Shown: positions 19,064 to 28,494 of the stretch, piece after piece
Position numbering within the stretch: position 1 is the stretch's first letter
Layout of the letters: the number at the start of each line of letters is the position of its first letter
Assembly: GCA_963782445.1 (NCBI GenBank)
Contig: CAWAJM010000001.1
Location: 1,675,154 to 1,739,153 of the forward strand
Direction of reading: 5' to 3'
DNA: 64,000 nucleotides
Source of the DNA: an uncultured Gammaproteobacteria bacterium
GTDB lineage: Bacteria; Pseudomonadota; Gammaproteobacteria; Steroidobacterales; Rariloculaceae
Position numbers and translations under genes: made by a program
The notes under the pieces: generated by a model
Told to the model about the DNA's origin: nothing
Seen by the model: only the letters and a program-made list of their open reading frames with translations
Database searches by the model: none

Positions 19064-20848
19064 ATGAGTATTCTTTCCGGTGATCCTCTCACGCAACTTG
19101 CCTTCTCCGTTTACGAGAACAAGGGCGTATTTGCTCTGCTCTTAGGATCGGGGCTCTCGCGTGCGGCCGAGATACCAACCGGATGGGAAATTGCGCTTGA
19201 TCTAATCCGACGCGTTGCTCTCGCACAGGGTACGGAGGATCAACCCGACTGGGGTGCCTGGTATCGCGAGCAGACTGGCGAAGAACCGAGTTACTCTGCG
19301 CTTCTCGAGGAGTTGGCTTCCTCGCCGGACGAAAGACGCTCCATCCTGCATAGCTACATCGAGCCAACACCGGCGGAGCAAGAAGAAGGGAAGAAGGTTC
19401 CAACGGCCGCACACCGTGCGATCGCAGAGCTTGTACGTGCCGGATATATCCGTGTCATTGTTACGACGAATTTTGATCGCCTGCTGGAGAACGCCCTTCG
19501 TGAAGCTCATGTCGAACCCACTGTTATCGCGTCCCCAGATGCTCTTGCGGGCGCTGAGCCTTTCACGCATTCAGCCTGTTACATCCTCAAGCTGCACGGT
19601 GACTATAAGGACGCTCGTATCCGAAACACTGACGAAGAGCTTAGCCACTATTCGGCGGAGTATGACCTGCTCCTGGATCGCATATTTGATGAGTTCGGGC
19701 TCATTGTTGTGGGCTGGTCCGGTGAATGGGACCACGCGCTACGCGCTGCGTTCCTTCGTGCGCCAAACAGACGATATCCGGTATATTGGGCGACGCGCAG
19801 CGCCCTGCGGGACGGGGCGCAACAGATTGTCGATCAACGCGCTGCTCGGCTTATTGAGATCACGGATGCGGATAGTTTTCTCACGGCCGCGTGGCAGCGT
19901 GTCCAGACCCTGGAACACACACATCGTCAGAGCCCGCTCAGTATTGAATTGCTCGTCAATAGCGCCAAGCGCTATCTCGGCAAGCCAGAATACCGAATTC
20001 AACTAGACGAACTTGTCGATCAGGAAACGCAGCGTGTCATCTCAGCTTCGACCGGACCCGAGTTTCCTCCACGGGGCGGCTGGAGTGAGCAGGACTTTCG
20101 TTCTCGCATCGCGCGATATGAAGCACTCGCCGAACCGCTGGCCGAGGTAGCAGGCGTTCTTGGTCGCTGGGGCGACGGCAGCGAACTTCCGGCGATGCTC
20201 AATGTCATTCGCGGCATCTTTTCGCATACCACTGTTGTTATGGATGGTCTCACGGTCTGGCTCAACCTCCGTCCGTATCCGGCTGTTCTCTTGTTTACCT
20301 CGTATGGCTTGGGCCTTGTGCGTGCTGGCCGTTGGAGCGCCCTACACGAATTCCTTACGTCTCAGGTAACAGTCACGCATGATGGGCCTCGCCGCCTAGT
20401 CGACGAGCTTTTCCTGTGGGCATGGGAAGGCGGAGCCGACAATTATTGGCATAACCTGGAAGGACTGGAGAGGCGGCATACGCCGCTAAGCGATCACCTG
20501 CTCGGGGTATTTTCAGAGTGGAGCAATAGCTTCATTGGTGTAACGCCGGATTTCGAGTTCTTGTACGAGCGCTTTGAGCTGCTCGCTTCCCTTGCATATC
20601 TGGAGACGGCCGACGAAGAAGAACTCAAAGCGTCAGTGGAAGCCAACAATCCACAGCATTGGGTCTGGATGCCAGTCGGACGCAGCGCATGGCATGGTCA
20701 GATCCGCGAAAGACTGATTCGCGAATTACAAGATGCCGCGTTTAGGTCAACGCTCGTCGAAGCCGGTTTCGCCAAAGGCCGGGCTGAGTTCATAGATATT
20801 TTCGTCGGGAACTTCAAGCGCATCGCCAATAGAATTTCCTGGCGATAG
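19064..20848 (+). CDS. SIR2-family (SIR2_2) protein, probable NADase defence effector
   Basis: LLGSGLS, TTNFD, KLHGD and GWSG motifs with a ~300-aa C-terminal extension. Confidence 0.9.
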   Translation: MSILSGDPLTQLAFSVYENKGVFALLLGSGLSRAAEIPTGWEIALDLIRRVALAQGTEDQPDWGAWYREQTGEEPSYSALLEELASSPDERRSILHSYIEPTPAEQEEGKKVPTAAHRAIAELVRAGYIRVIVTTNFDRLLENALREAHVEPTVIASPDALAGAEPFTHSACYILKLHGDYKDARIRNTDEELSHYSAEYDLLLDRIFDEFGLIVVGWSGEWDHALRAAFLRAPNRRYPVYWATRSALRDGAQQIVDQRAARLIEITDADSFLTAAWQRVQTLEHTHRQSPLSIELLVNSAKRYLGKPEYRIQLDELVDQETQRVISASTGPEFPPRGGWSEQDFRSRIARYEALAEPLAEVAGVLGRWGDGSELPAMLNVIRGIFSHTTVVMDGLTVWLNLRPYPAVLLFTSYGLGLVRAGRWSALHEFLTSQVTVTHDGPRRLVDELFLWAWEGGADNYWHNLEGLERRHTPLSDHLLGVFSEWSNSFIGVTPDFEFLYERFELLASLAYLETADEEELKASVEANNPQHWVWMPVGRSAWHGQIRERLIRELQDAAFRSTLVEAGFAKGRAEFIDIFVGNFKRIANRISWR

Positions 20849-21193
20849 ACTACGGTTCTCCAGCCCCTTGTACCGCAGCATCACATGTTCCGAGCCACTC
20901 GCGCTCATTGCGGATCGAGGACCATCAGCGCCCGGTCATAGGCTTCCTGCGCCCAATCGCGGTGTCGCGATCCGGCTTCAAGCCTGAATCGCACTTCCAG
21001 CCATACCCGCGTGCCAATCGCCGGCGCTTCGGCGCGCAGCCGGGCGCGGACGTTGCCATCATTCTCGACCACGGAGACCAGCCGGATCGTCATCGCTTCC
21101 ATGCCCGTAACGATGTGCTTTCGTCGCGTTTTTCGCGAGCGGTGAATTCGGCCGTTTCATAGAGATTTCCTACGCCCGCCTGCTCAAGGATTG

Positions 21194-21333
21194 ACGCGTT
21201 TCTCACCGGGCGCGCCGTCCGGTCAACGCCCGGCCCGCACCACTCCCGCTGCGCGCGACCGGGTAGGGCGTTTCCCGGCTCACTGCCTTCGCCGGTGACC
21301 GTCCGGCTCGTTCGCCCGGCTTTTCTTCCGCGT
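21194..21333 (+). repeat. Conserved upstream leader, family 1, copy A
   Basis: Shares two blocks with 41901-42027 (ACGCGTTT...CCGGGCGCGCCG...GTCAACG...GCCCGCACCAC and GGTGAC...CGCCCGGCTTT...TCCGCGT). Confidence 0.75.
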
Positions 21334-21362
21334 CTTGAGCAATCGAACGAAGGAGAAAAGCT

Positions 21363-21779
21363 ATGAAACTTCTAACCAAATCCATCTACGAGAGACTGCT
21401 GCGCAACGGCCAGATCGCCGCTTCCCTGGCCGAAGACGGCAGGGCGTGTGCTGACTTCATTCCGGTCGTGAAGCTGTTCACGCCCGATGCAAACTGCACG
21501 TGGCTGCTGACCGAGCTTGATCCGGAAGAGCCCGACATTGCCTTCGGGCTGTGCGATCTCGGCATGGGCTTTCCCGAGCTCGGCAGCGTGCGGATTTCCG
21601 AGCTTGAGTCCGTGCGCGGCAAGCTCGGCCTGCCGGTCGAGCGCGACCGTTACTTCGTGCCGTGCCATTGCCTTTCGGTGTATGCGCGTGCAGCGCTGAA
21701 CGCGGCGACAATCACCGAAGACGAACAGGCGCTACGCGCGGCGGCCGAAGCGCTGGCAAAGGAAGGAGATCCACCGTGA
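21363..21779 (+). CDS. DUF2958-like protein
   Basis: PVVKLFTPDANCTWLLTELDP, FGLCDLGMGFPELGSV and VERDRYF; strong RBS. Confidence 0.85.
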   Translation: MKLLTKSIYERLLRNGQIAASLAEDGRACADFIPVVKLFTPDANCTWLLTELDPEEPDIAFGLCDLGMGFPELGSVRISELESVRGKLGLPVERDRYFVPCHCLSVYARAALNAATITEDEQALRAAAEALAKEGDPP

Positions 21780-21809
21780 GCGGCGCCCGTCCACGGCACG
21801 CCCACACGA

Positions 21810-22634
21810 TCACTTCGTCTTCGTCTCCTTGGCGGGTCCCGGCTGCAGAGGGCCGATGTTGCGCACGACGTCCGCCGTGACCTTGTCGATCAGCGCGCGC
21901 TCCACAACAAGCGGATGATCAGCCGGCAGCGCGCTTCCGCTCCGGATATGTTCAAGCAAGATATAGAAATCCAGGTCAGACACACTCAGCCAACAGCACG
22001 AATACAGCGCGTTGTAGAGCGCAATGAACAGCGTTGCCTCGCTGTCTGCGGGGCTGCGCGCAGCGTACTTACCGTCTGCAAGCGTTCCCGCATACATCAA
22101 CATGCGCTTCCCGTTGGGATGCGCCGTGTCGCAGATCTGATCCCAGAATTCCTCCTTGCCGGGTTCCGTAGCTTGTATGAATGCCTTCACAGCCCTGCTG
22201 ATTGGGGGCGGGGCCTCGGCAGTCATTTCCATCTTGCCTGCGCTTGATGTCGAAAAGGCGTAAGCGTCCACAAGCTTGCCAATCCTCTCCCAGTCGTTTG
22301 CCGCTGCGGCCGACTCGGAGCGCCTGAGAAACGAGTGATAGATGGCTATGGTTTCGAGCAGTGCGCGACTGCTGATAACGGCACCGATCGGCAGGCCTGC
22401 GTTCCACGAGGCGACAACCGATTGCGCCAGGTCGAGCGCACGCCGCATGACGGCCTGCCGATAGGCCCGCATGCATCCGGTAATCGTGATCCCATGCTCG
22501 CCCTCCGTAAGATCGATGTCATCGGCCATTGTCCGCTCAATTTCCGCAAGGCCATTGCGGACAGTATTGAGGAAGGGCCACCGGCCCTTCGGTATGCGAT
22601 CTTTCTCGAACCAGATCATTTGTCTTTCCCGCAT
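21810..22634 (-). CDS. Hypothetical helical protein (possibly HEPN/DUF5677-like)
   Basis: SRALLE and WDQICDTAHPN patterns; the family call is tentative. Confidence 0.6.
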   Translation of the reverse strand: MRERQMIWFEKDRIPKGRWPFLNTVRNGLAEIERTMADDIDLTEGEHGITITGCMRAYRQAVMRRALDLAQSVVASWNAGLPIGAVISSRALLETIAIYHSFLRRSESAAAANDWERIGKLVDAYAFSTSSAGKMEMTAEAPPPISRAVKAFIQATEPGKEEFWDQICDTAHPNGKRMLMYAGTLADGKYAARSPADSEATLFIALYNALYSCCWLSVSDLDFYILLEHIRSGSALPADHPLVVERALIDKVTADVVRNIGPLQPGPAKETKTK

Positions 22635-22915
22635 GTCGGTTCGCCGCTGTTTTAGCAGAACAGAAGCGCCGGCACTACCGAAAAAGCGGAATGCGCGCAT
22701 GGCGCTTCGGCAGGAGTAGGGCGGCTTGCTGTTTCCTTCAGCCTGCCATGCCGTTCTCGCGGTCAAGACGCTCCGTTGCTCGCATTGCTCCTCTACTCGC
22801 CATGTTGTCCGCCTTCGCCTACCGCTTTGGCGTGACAAGTCTGTGACCGCTGCGCTTGCAGCATGGCCTCCCGGCCTGCGGGCAATCCCGCCCGATCAAG
22901 ACCAGGAGAACATCC

Positions 22916-23417
22916 ATGTCCAAGATCGCTCACAATCAAAACCAGCTTTGCGTTCGCGATGAAAGCGGACAGTTTCGTCCGGCCACCGGCGCTGAAATCA
23001 TCGGCGCGGCGCGCCTTGTCATGGCCCGCCGGGTACGGCGCGGCACGGCGATGACCTCGCCGCAGACCGTGCGCGACTTCCTGCGCGTGAAGCTCGGAAA
23101 CTTCGAGCACGAAGTGTTCGCGGCGCTGTTCCTTGATACGCGTCACCGCCTGATTGAATATCGCGAACTCTTCCGCGGCACGATCGACGGCGCAGCCGTC
23201 TATCCGCGCGAAGTCGTCAAGGAAGCGCTCTCGCGCAACGCGGCGGCCCTGATCTTCGCGCATAATCACCCTTCGGGTGTCGCCGAGCCCAGCGAAGCCG
23301 ACCGTTCCATCACGGCCAAGCTCGGCAAGGCGCTCGCCCTTGTGGACGTGCGCATCCTTGACCACCTCGTTGTCACGGGGCGAACTGGTTTCGTTCGCCG
23401 AGCGCGGGCTCCTGTGA
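22916..23417 (+). pseudogene. radC: RadC/JAB-family protein with a +1 frameshift near its 3' end
   Basis: EHEVF, VYPREV, AHNHPSG and ILDHLVV motifs. The canonical tail VSFAERGLL* is in another frame, after GGGG at ~23377-23380. Confidence 0.85.
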
Positions 23418-23499
23418 GCGCCGCGCGAAGAGGGAGCGGTTCGCCGCTTCCTCGGCCTTTGGCCCCCCGCTCAGCGCGGCGACGGTATGATCTGCGCTC

Positions 23500-26058
23500 A
23501 TGAGCATCTCGCCGCCGCCGCGTGATAACCCGTCGCTCCCGGAGCGCCCGTCTCTTGAAGGACTGGAAGAGCGCTGGCTTGCGGCGTGGGAGCACGATGC
23601 CCTGTACGCCTTTGACCGCAATGCCGCGCGCGAGGCGGTGTTTTCGATCGACACGCCGCCGCCGACCGTTTCCGGGTCGCTGCATGTCGGGCACGTCTTC
23701 AGCTATACGCACATTGACGCCATCGCGCGGTTCCAGCGGATGCGCGGCAAGGCCGTCTTTTTCCCGATGGGCTGGGACGACAATGGTCTTCCCACCGAGC
23801 GCCGGGTTGAGAATTACTACGGCGTGACCTGCGACCCGGCGCTCCCCTATGTGCCGGAATTCGTACCGCCGGCAAAAGCGGCGGCACGGCGGGCCGAGTA
23901 CGTCCCGGTCAGCCGCCGGAACTTCATCGAACTGTGCCTTGCCCTGACGTCAGAGGACGAAGCGCAGTTCGAAGCGCTCTGGCGGCGGCTCGGCCTGTCC
24001 GTGGACTGGTCACTCACCTACACGACCATCGGGCCGGGCGCGCAGCGCGCGAGTCAGCGCGCGTTTCTGCGCAACCTTGCCGACGGGCAAGCCTATGCGC
24101 GCGAGGCGCCGTGCCTTTGGGATGTGACGTTTCAGACGGCGGTGGCGCAGGCCGAGCTCGAGGACCGCGATCTGCCGGGCGTGTTCTGTGATATCCGCTT
24201 CGAGGGCGCACAAGGCGCATCGATCACGGTGGCGAGCACGCGGCCGGAACTGCTGGTGAGCTGCGTTGCCATTCTCGCGCACCCCGACGACGCCCGGTAC
24301 CGCAGCCTGTTCGGCACGTCCGTGCGTACGCCGTTCTTCGATGTCGAGGTCCCGGTACGCGCGCACGAAGGCGCCGATCCGGGGAAGGGGACGGGCGCGG
24401 TCATGGTCTGCACCTTCGGCGACCTGACCGATGTCACGTGGTGGCGCGAACTCGCGCTGCCGGTGCGGGCCGTCCTTGGCCGTGACGGCAGGTTTCAGGA
24501 GGAAACACCGGACTGGCTGGTGACGCCGGGCGCGCGAGAGGCTTACGGCGCACTCGCCGGAATGAATGTCGTGGCTGCGCGCAAAGCCGTTACCGCCTTG
24601 CTGACGCAGACGGGTGCGCTGCTCTCACAGCGTCCGCTGACCCATCCCGTCAAGTTCTTCGAAAAGGGCGAGCAGCCGCTTGAGATCATCACGACGCGCC
24701 AGTGGTACATCCGCAATGGCGGGCGCGATGACATTCTGCGTGCCGCGCTTCTCCGGCGTGGGCGCGAGGTCTGCTGGCATCCGGCGCACATGCGTGCCCG
24801 TTATGAGAACTGGGTCAGCGGCCTCAATGCCGACTGGCTCGTCAGTCGCCAGCGATTCTTCGGCGTGCCGGTGCCGCTCTGGTATCGGCTCGATGCGGCC
24901 GGGCGGCGCATCGACGATGATCCGATCGTGCCGGCGGACGCGGCGCTGCCGGTTGACCCGCAAGCCGATGTGCCGCCCGGCTTCTCGGCGGAGCAGCGCG
25001 AGCGGCCCGGCGGTTTTACCGGCGATCCCGATATCATGGACACGTGGGCGACGAGTTCGCTCACCCCGCAGATTGCGGGCGGCAACGACCATGACCCTGA
25101 ACTCTTTGCCCGCGTCTTTCCGATGGACATGCGCCCGCAGGCGCACGACATCATCCGCACATGGCTCTTTGCAACGATCGTGCGCAGCCACTTTGCGCAC
25201 GATGCTCTGCCTTGGAAACACGCGGTGCTCTCTGGATGGATTCTCGATCCCGACAGAAAGAAGATGTCAAAGTCCAGAGGCAACGCCGTCACGCCGCGCG
25301 GCCTTCTAGACACGCACGGCGCAGACGGCGTGCGGTACTGGGCGGCATCGGCGCATCTTGGCGCCGACACGGCCTTCGAGGAAAAGCAGATGAAAGCCGG
25401 GCGGCGTCTTGCCGTGAAGCTTCTCAACGCCGCGCGCTTTGCCCTCGCTTTTAGCGGTGATCCGAACGGGGCGCCTGGTATGCCCCTTGACCGCGCGATG
25501 ATCGCAGCGCTTGCCGATACCGTGGATGAATCCACGGCCGCGTTCGAGGCCTTTGACTATGCGCGCGCGCTCGCGGCCACCGAGCGGTTCTTCTGGTGGT
25601 TTTGCGATGACTATATTGAGCTCGTCAAGGGGCGCGCGTACGGCGAGGGTGATCCTGCGCATTCAGCATGCAATGCCCTCGCTACGGGGATTTCTGTGCT
25701 TGAGCGCCTGTTTGCGCCGTTCCTGCCCTTTACCGCCGAGGAAAGCTGGTCCTGGTGGATGGAAGGCTCCGTGCACGCAGCGGCGTGGCCGTCCGGCGCG
25801 GCGCTCCGGGCGCACGCAGGTGAGGCGCCTTCCCTTGCGCGCGAGGTCGCAACCGGGCTGATCGCGCACATCCGCCGCGCGAAGTCCGAAGCGGGTCAGT
25901 CCATGAAGGCGCCGGTCGCCGTACTCACGGTCACCGACACCGCGGCGCGCCTCGCGGCCCTTCGGCTCGTGGAGACCGACATTCGCAATGCGGGCCATGT
26001 GGCAGTACTGCAAACGCAGGAAGGAAGCGCGCTCGCCGTTGATGCTGTGCTGGCATGA
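23500..26058 (+). CDS. valS: Valyl-tRNA synthetase, actinobacterial/archaeal-like type
   Basis: [16 protein letters not shown] (HIGH), [28 protein letters not shown] and KMSKS; lacks the long C-terminal coiled coil of E. coli-type ValRS. Confidence 0.95.
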   Translation: MSISPPPRDNPSLPERPSLEGLEERWLAAWEHDALYAFDRNAAREAVFSIDTPPPTVSGSLHVGHVFSYTHIDAIARFQRMRGKAVFFPMGWDDNGLPTERRVENYYGVTCDPALPYVPEFVPPAKAAARRAEYVPVSRRNFIELCLALTSEDEAQFEALWRRLGLSVDWSLTYTTIGPGAQRASQRAFLRNLADGQAYAREAPCLWDVTFQTAVAQAELEDRDLPGVFCDIRFEGAQGASITVASTRPELLVSCVAILAHPDDARYRSLFGTSVRTPFFDVEVPVRAHEGADPGKGTGAVMVCTFGDLTDVTWWRELALPVRAVLGRDGRFQEETPDWLVTPGAREAYGALAGMNVVAARKAVTALLTQTGALLSQRPLTHPVKFFEKGEQPLEIITTRQWYIRNGGRDDILRAALLRRGREVCWHPAHMRARYENWVSGLNADWLVSRQRFFGVPVPLWYRLDAAGRRIDDDPIVPADAALPVDPQADVPPGFSAEQRERPGGFTGDPDIMDTWATSSLTPQIAGGNDHDPELFARVFPMDMRPQAHDIIRTWLFATIVRSHFAHDALPWKHAVLSGWILDPDRKKMSKSRGNAVTPRGLLDTHGADGVRYWAASAHLGADTAFEEKQMKAGRRLAVKLLNAARFALAFSGDPNGAPGMPLDRAMIAALADTVDESTAAFEAFDYARALAATERFFWWFCDDYIELVKGRAYGEGDPAHSACNALATGISVLERLFAPFLPFTAEESWSWWMEGSVHAAAWPSGAALRAHAGEAPSLAREVATGLIAHIRRAKSEAGQSMKAPVAVLTVTDTAARLAALRLVETDIRNAGHVAVLQTQEGSALAVDAVLA

Positions 26059-26163
26059 CCGCTCGCCAGTGAGAGCGGCTGTGGCCGCTCATCCACTTCC
26101 GCCGTCTGCCGTTCGTGTTTTGTTCCTGTCCGTTTACAACTCGTTAACCATTTCCCCGTACTA

Positions 26164-27000
26164 TTGATATGGAAATTTGCTGCCATGGAGGGTGTATTGG
26201 CACTGACGTTCGGCGAAGAATTCAGAATCTGCGCAACGCCGAGTCCGGAACTGCTGCGCAAGCTTGCCTACCTCGCCCGGCAGGACAATGACTCGGTCCT
26301 GACCGGCGCTCTCAGATCCACCGAAAATTTCGGTTCCTCTTCGCAAAAGGCGGATCAAGACCGCTTCGCTGCCTTTGCCCAGCTTGTCGCCAGCGAAGAA
26401 CTGCATCGCCAGCAGCAGATGCAAGAACTTTCCGCGCGTCTTGAGGTTCTGGACAGTCAAAGCCAGCAGGCCGTGCTTGAGACGCAGAAGCGCCTTGAGG
26501 AAATCCGGCGCAATGCAAACCGCACCACCGATGGTCGCATCGTATTCGAAGACAAGGACGGCGCGATTCGCGACGAAGAGGGCACGCAAGTTAGCGTCGA
26601 CAATGTCGACCTGGCGCAGTGGAACGCGGATGCCCCGACCTATGAGACGTTCCGCGATGCCAGGGAGCGCCATGAGGACGCCAAAACCTTCCGGCGCGCA
26701 GTGCTCGAAGCACGCGAGAAGCTTGAGAACGATCCTGAGGAGATCGATCTTGACCGCCTCGAAGCGCGAATTTCAGAACTGGAGGCCGGTCACCTTTTGC
26801 CGGCCGGGGATGCGCCTGCCGGCGCAAACACCCGGCCCACATCGGCTGCAAAGACCTATGATGAGACTGCCGGCCAGGACGGCTCGGCCACGTCCCTGCG
26901 GCGTCCTTTTGCCGGTGCCGTAGACGACGGAACGGCGACTGTCCCGGGCGATGCGCCCGATGTTGCGCGGCCCAGCGCCGCGCCACTCACGCCCGGCTAG
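26164..27000 (+). CDS. Hypothetical coiled-coil protein
   Basis: 278-aa ORF with a low-complexity Pro/Ala tail; start uncertain. Confidence 0.7.
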   Translation: MIWKFAAMEGVLALTFGEEFRICATPSPELLRKLAYLARQDNDSVLTGALRSTENFGSSSQKADQDRFAAFAQLVASEELHRQQQMQELSARLEVLDSQSQQAVLETQKRLEEIRRNANRTTDGRIVFEDKDGAIRDEEGTQVSVDNVDLAQWNADAPTYETFRDARERHEDAKTFRRAVLEAREKLENDPEEIDLDRLEARISELEAGHLLPAGDAPAGANTRPTSAAKTYDETAGQDGSATSLRRPFAGAVDDGTATVPGDAPDVARPSAAPLTPG

Positions 27001-27009
27001 TCCCAGGCG

Positions 27010-27351
27010 CTATTTCCCGCAGACCTGTTCGATCATAGCGTAGAGAACAGGTTGCGCCTCGCGGCTCTTGTAACGCGACAGCGCCGCCACGGTTTGCTCA
27101 ACGCCGTTCTTCTTGTAGTACCAGTTCGTGATGCAGGTCGAACGGTCCCGGTTCCCCTGCGCATGGGAGAGGAAGGCTGCCATCTCGATGCTTCCGGCGA
27201 TATAGCCGCCGCTTTCATCCGCGCTCATCTTGTCGACGACATCCTTACCGGTCAGGGATAAAGCTTGCCTTGATGGAAACAGAGAGAACACCACTGCCGC
27301 TGCAACAATGGCAATCCCGGCGAAGCCGACACGTCGCATATCGAATTTCAT
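27010..27351 (-). CDS. Small exported protein with two Cys
   Basis: Signal-peptide-like N-terminus; mature part has C...C near the end (loosely Rap1a/HdeA-like). Confidence 0.6.
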   Translation of the reverse strand: MKFDMRRVGFAGIAIVAAAVVFSLFPSRQALSLTGKDVVDKMSADESGGYIAGSIEMAAFLSHAQGNRDRSTCITNWYYKKNGVEQTVAALSRYKSREAQPVLYAMIEQVCGK

Positions 27352-27615
27352 TTCTTCATCACCATTTTCGCTGAAGACAAAAAGGAGCCTTTTTGTCAAC
27401 GTCGGCGTGGACTCTTTCGGCGAGATTCCGTAAGCTGGATTCGCGCTTCCGGCTTCACCTGACAGTGTGTTTCTCGGTGGCGTAACCTTCCTTTCCGCGT
27501 CTGCCGAAAGGGCTCCCTTTTGTCACCCTTGCCGGCCAGGCGCGGAGCCGCTCCCGCGGCGCAATTCCGTTAACCCCTAGAAAAGCCCGCCGCAGGGAGG
27601 CGGCAGAGCTATGCC

Positions 27616-28206
27616 ATGAGGATGGCCTGTATCGGCTACGCGCGCGTATCGACAGAGGAACAGAATCTCGCCTTGCAGCTCGATGCACTCAAAGCGGCAG
27701 GGTGTGACCGGATTTACCGGGATGAAGGCGTGTCCGCGGTGGCGCGTGAGCGGCCTGCCTTCGAGGCGGCGCTCGCGGTGCTGGGCGAGGGCGATACGCT
27801 TGTGATCTGGAAGATGGACAGGGCCTTCCGCTGTCTTCTCGATGCGTTGCTCGTGCTGGACCAGGTGGAGCGGCGCGGTGCGAAGATCCGCTCACTGACC
27901 GAGAGCATCGACACGGCAACGCCGATGGGCCGCTTCGCCTACCAGATCACCAATGCCTTCGCGGAGCTCGAGCGCGCGCAGATCATTGAACGCACAAAAG
28001 CCGGGATGGAAGCGGCGCGGCGGCGCAGCGTCCGGCTCGGTAGGCCGCGTAAACTCTCCAACAAGCAGATCGAGCAGGCTCGCGCCGCGCTCGCCTCGGG
28101 GCGCGAAATCGCCGAGGTCGCCGCGGATTACGGCGTTGCCGTGCGCACGATCTCACGCGCCGTGGCCGGCGGTGCGGCAGCCCTGGCCGTGAACGAGATC
28201 GACTGA
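27616..28206 (+). CDS. Small serine recombinase (resolvase/Pin-like invertase)
   Basis: IGYARVST, GDTLVIWKMDR, AELER, GRPRKL and a C-terminal HTH. Confidence 0.93.
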   Translation: MRMACIGYARVSTEEQNLALQLDALKAAGCDRIYRDEGVSAVARERPAFEAALAVLGEGDTLVIWKMDRAFRCLLDALLVLDQVERRGAKIRSLTESIDTATPMGRFAYQITNAFAELERAQIIERTKAGMEAARRRSVRLGRPRKLSNKQIEQARAALASGREIAEVAADYGVAVRTISRAVAGGAAALAVNEID

Positions 28207-28494
28207 CATGTCATCACGTCCGAATAGCCCTATAGACGCCGCGTTTGTTTCAGACTTGCTGAAGCTCGCTGAACTTCTGCTCCGGTTGGAACGCCATGAA
28301 GCGCGGGCGCAGCCGCGCGGGGATTTCGATGCCGCTGCGTTCGCCGCCGCCGTGGCGAAGCTGAGCGGGCAGGGGCCGCCGACGACTCATTAACCGAATT
28401 TGCGGCTTTGTCTTCACGCGGACGGTCAGCAACACTATGACAGGAGCCTCTGTTACACCGTTTCGGGTTTTTCGCCGCGTGCTGCTGTTTTCGC

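Noticed and set aside
22856-23503. Extended RadC coupled to valS, as the ORF track suggests
   Set aside because: The extension comes from a +1 frameshift. The canonical SFAERGLL* end is at 23417 and is followed by a hairpin.
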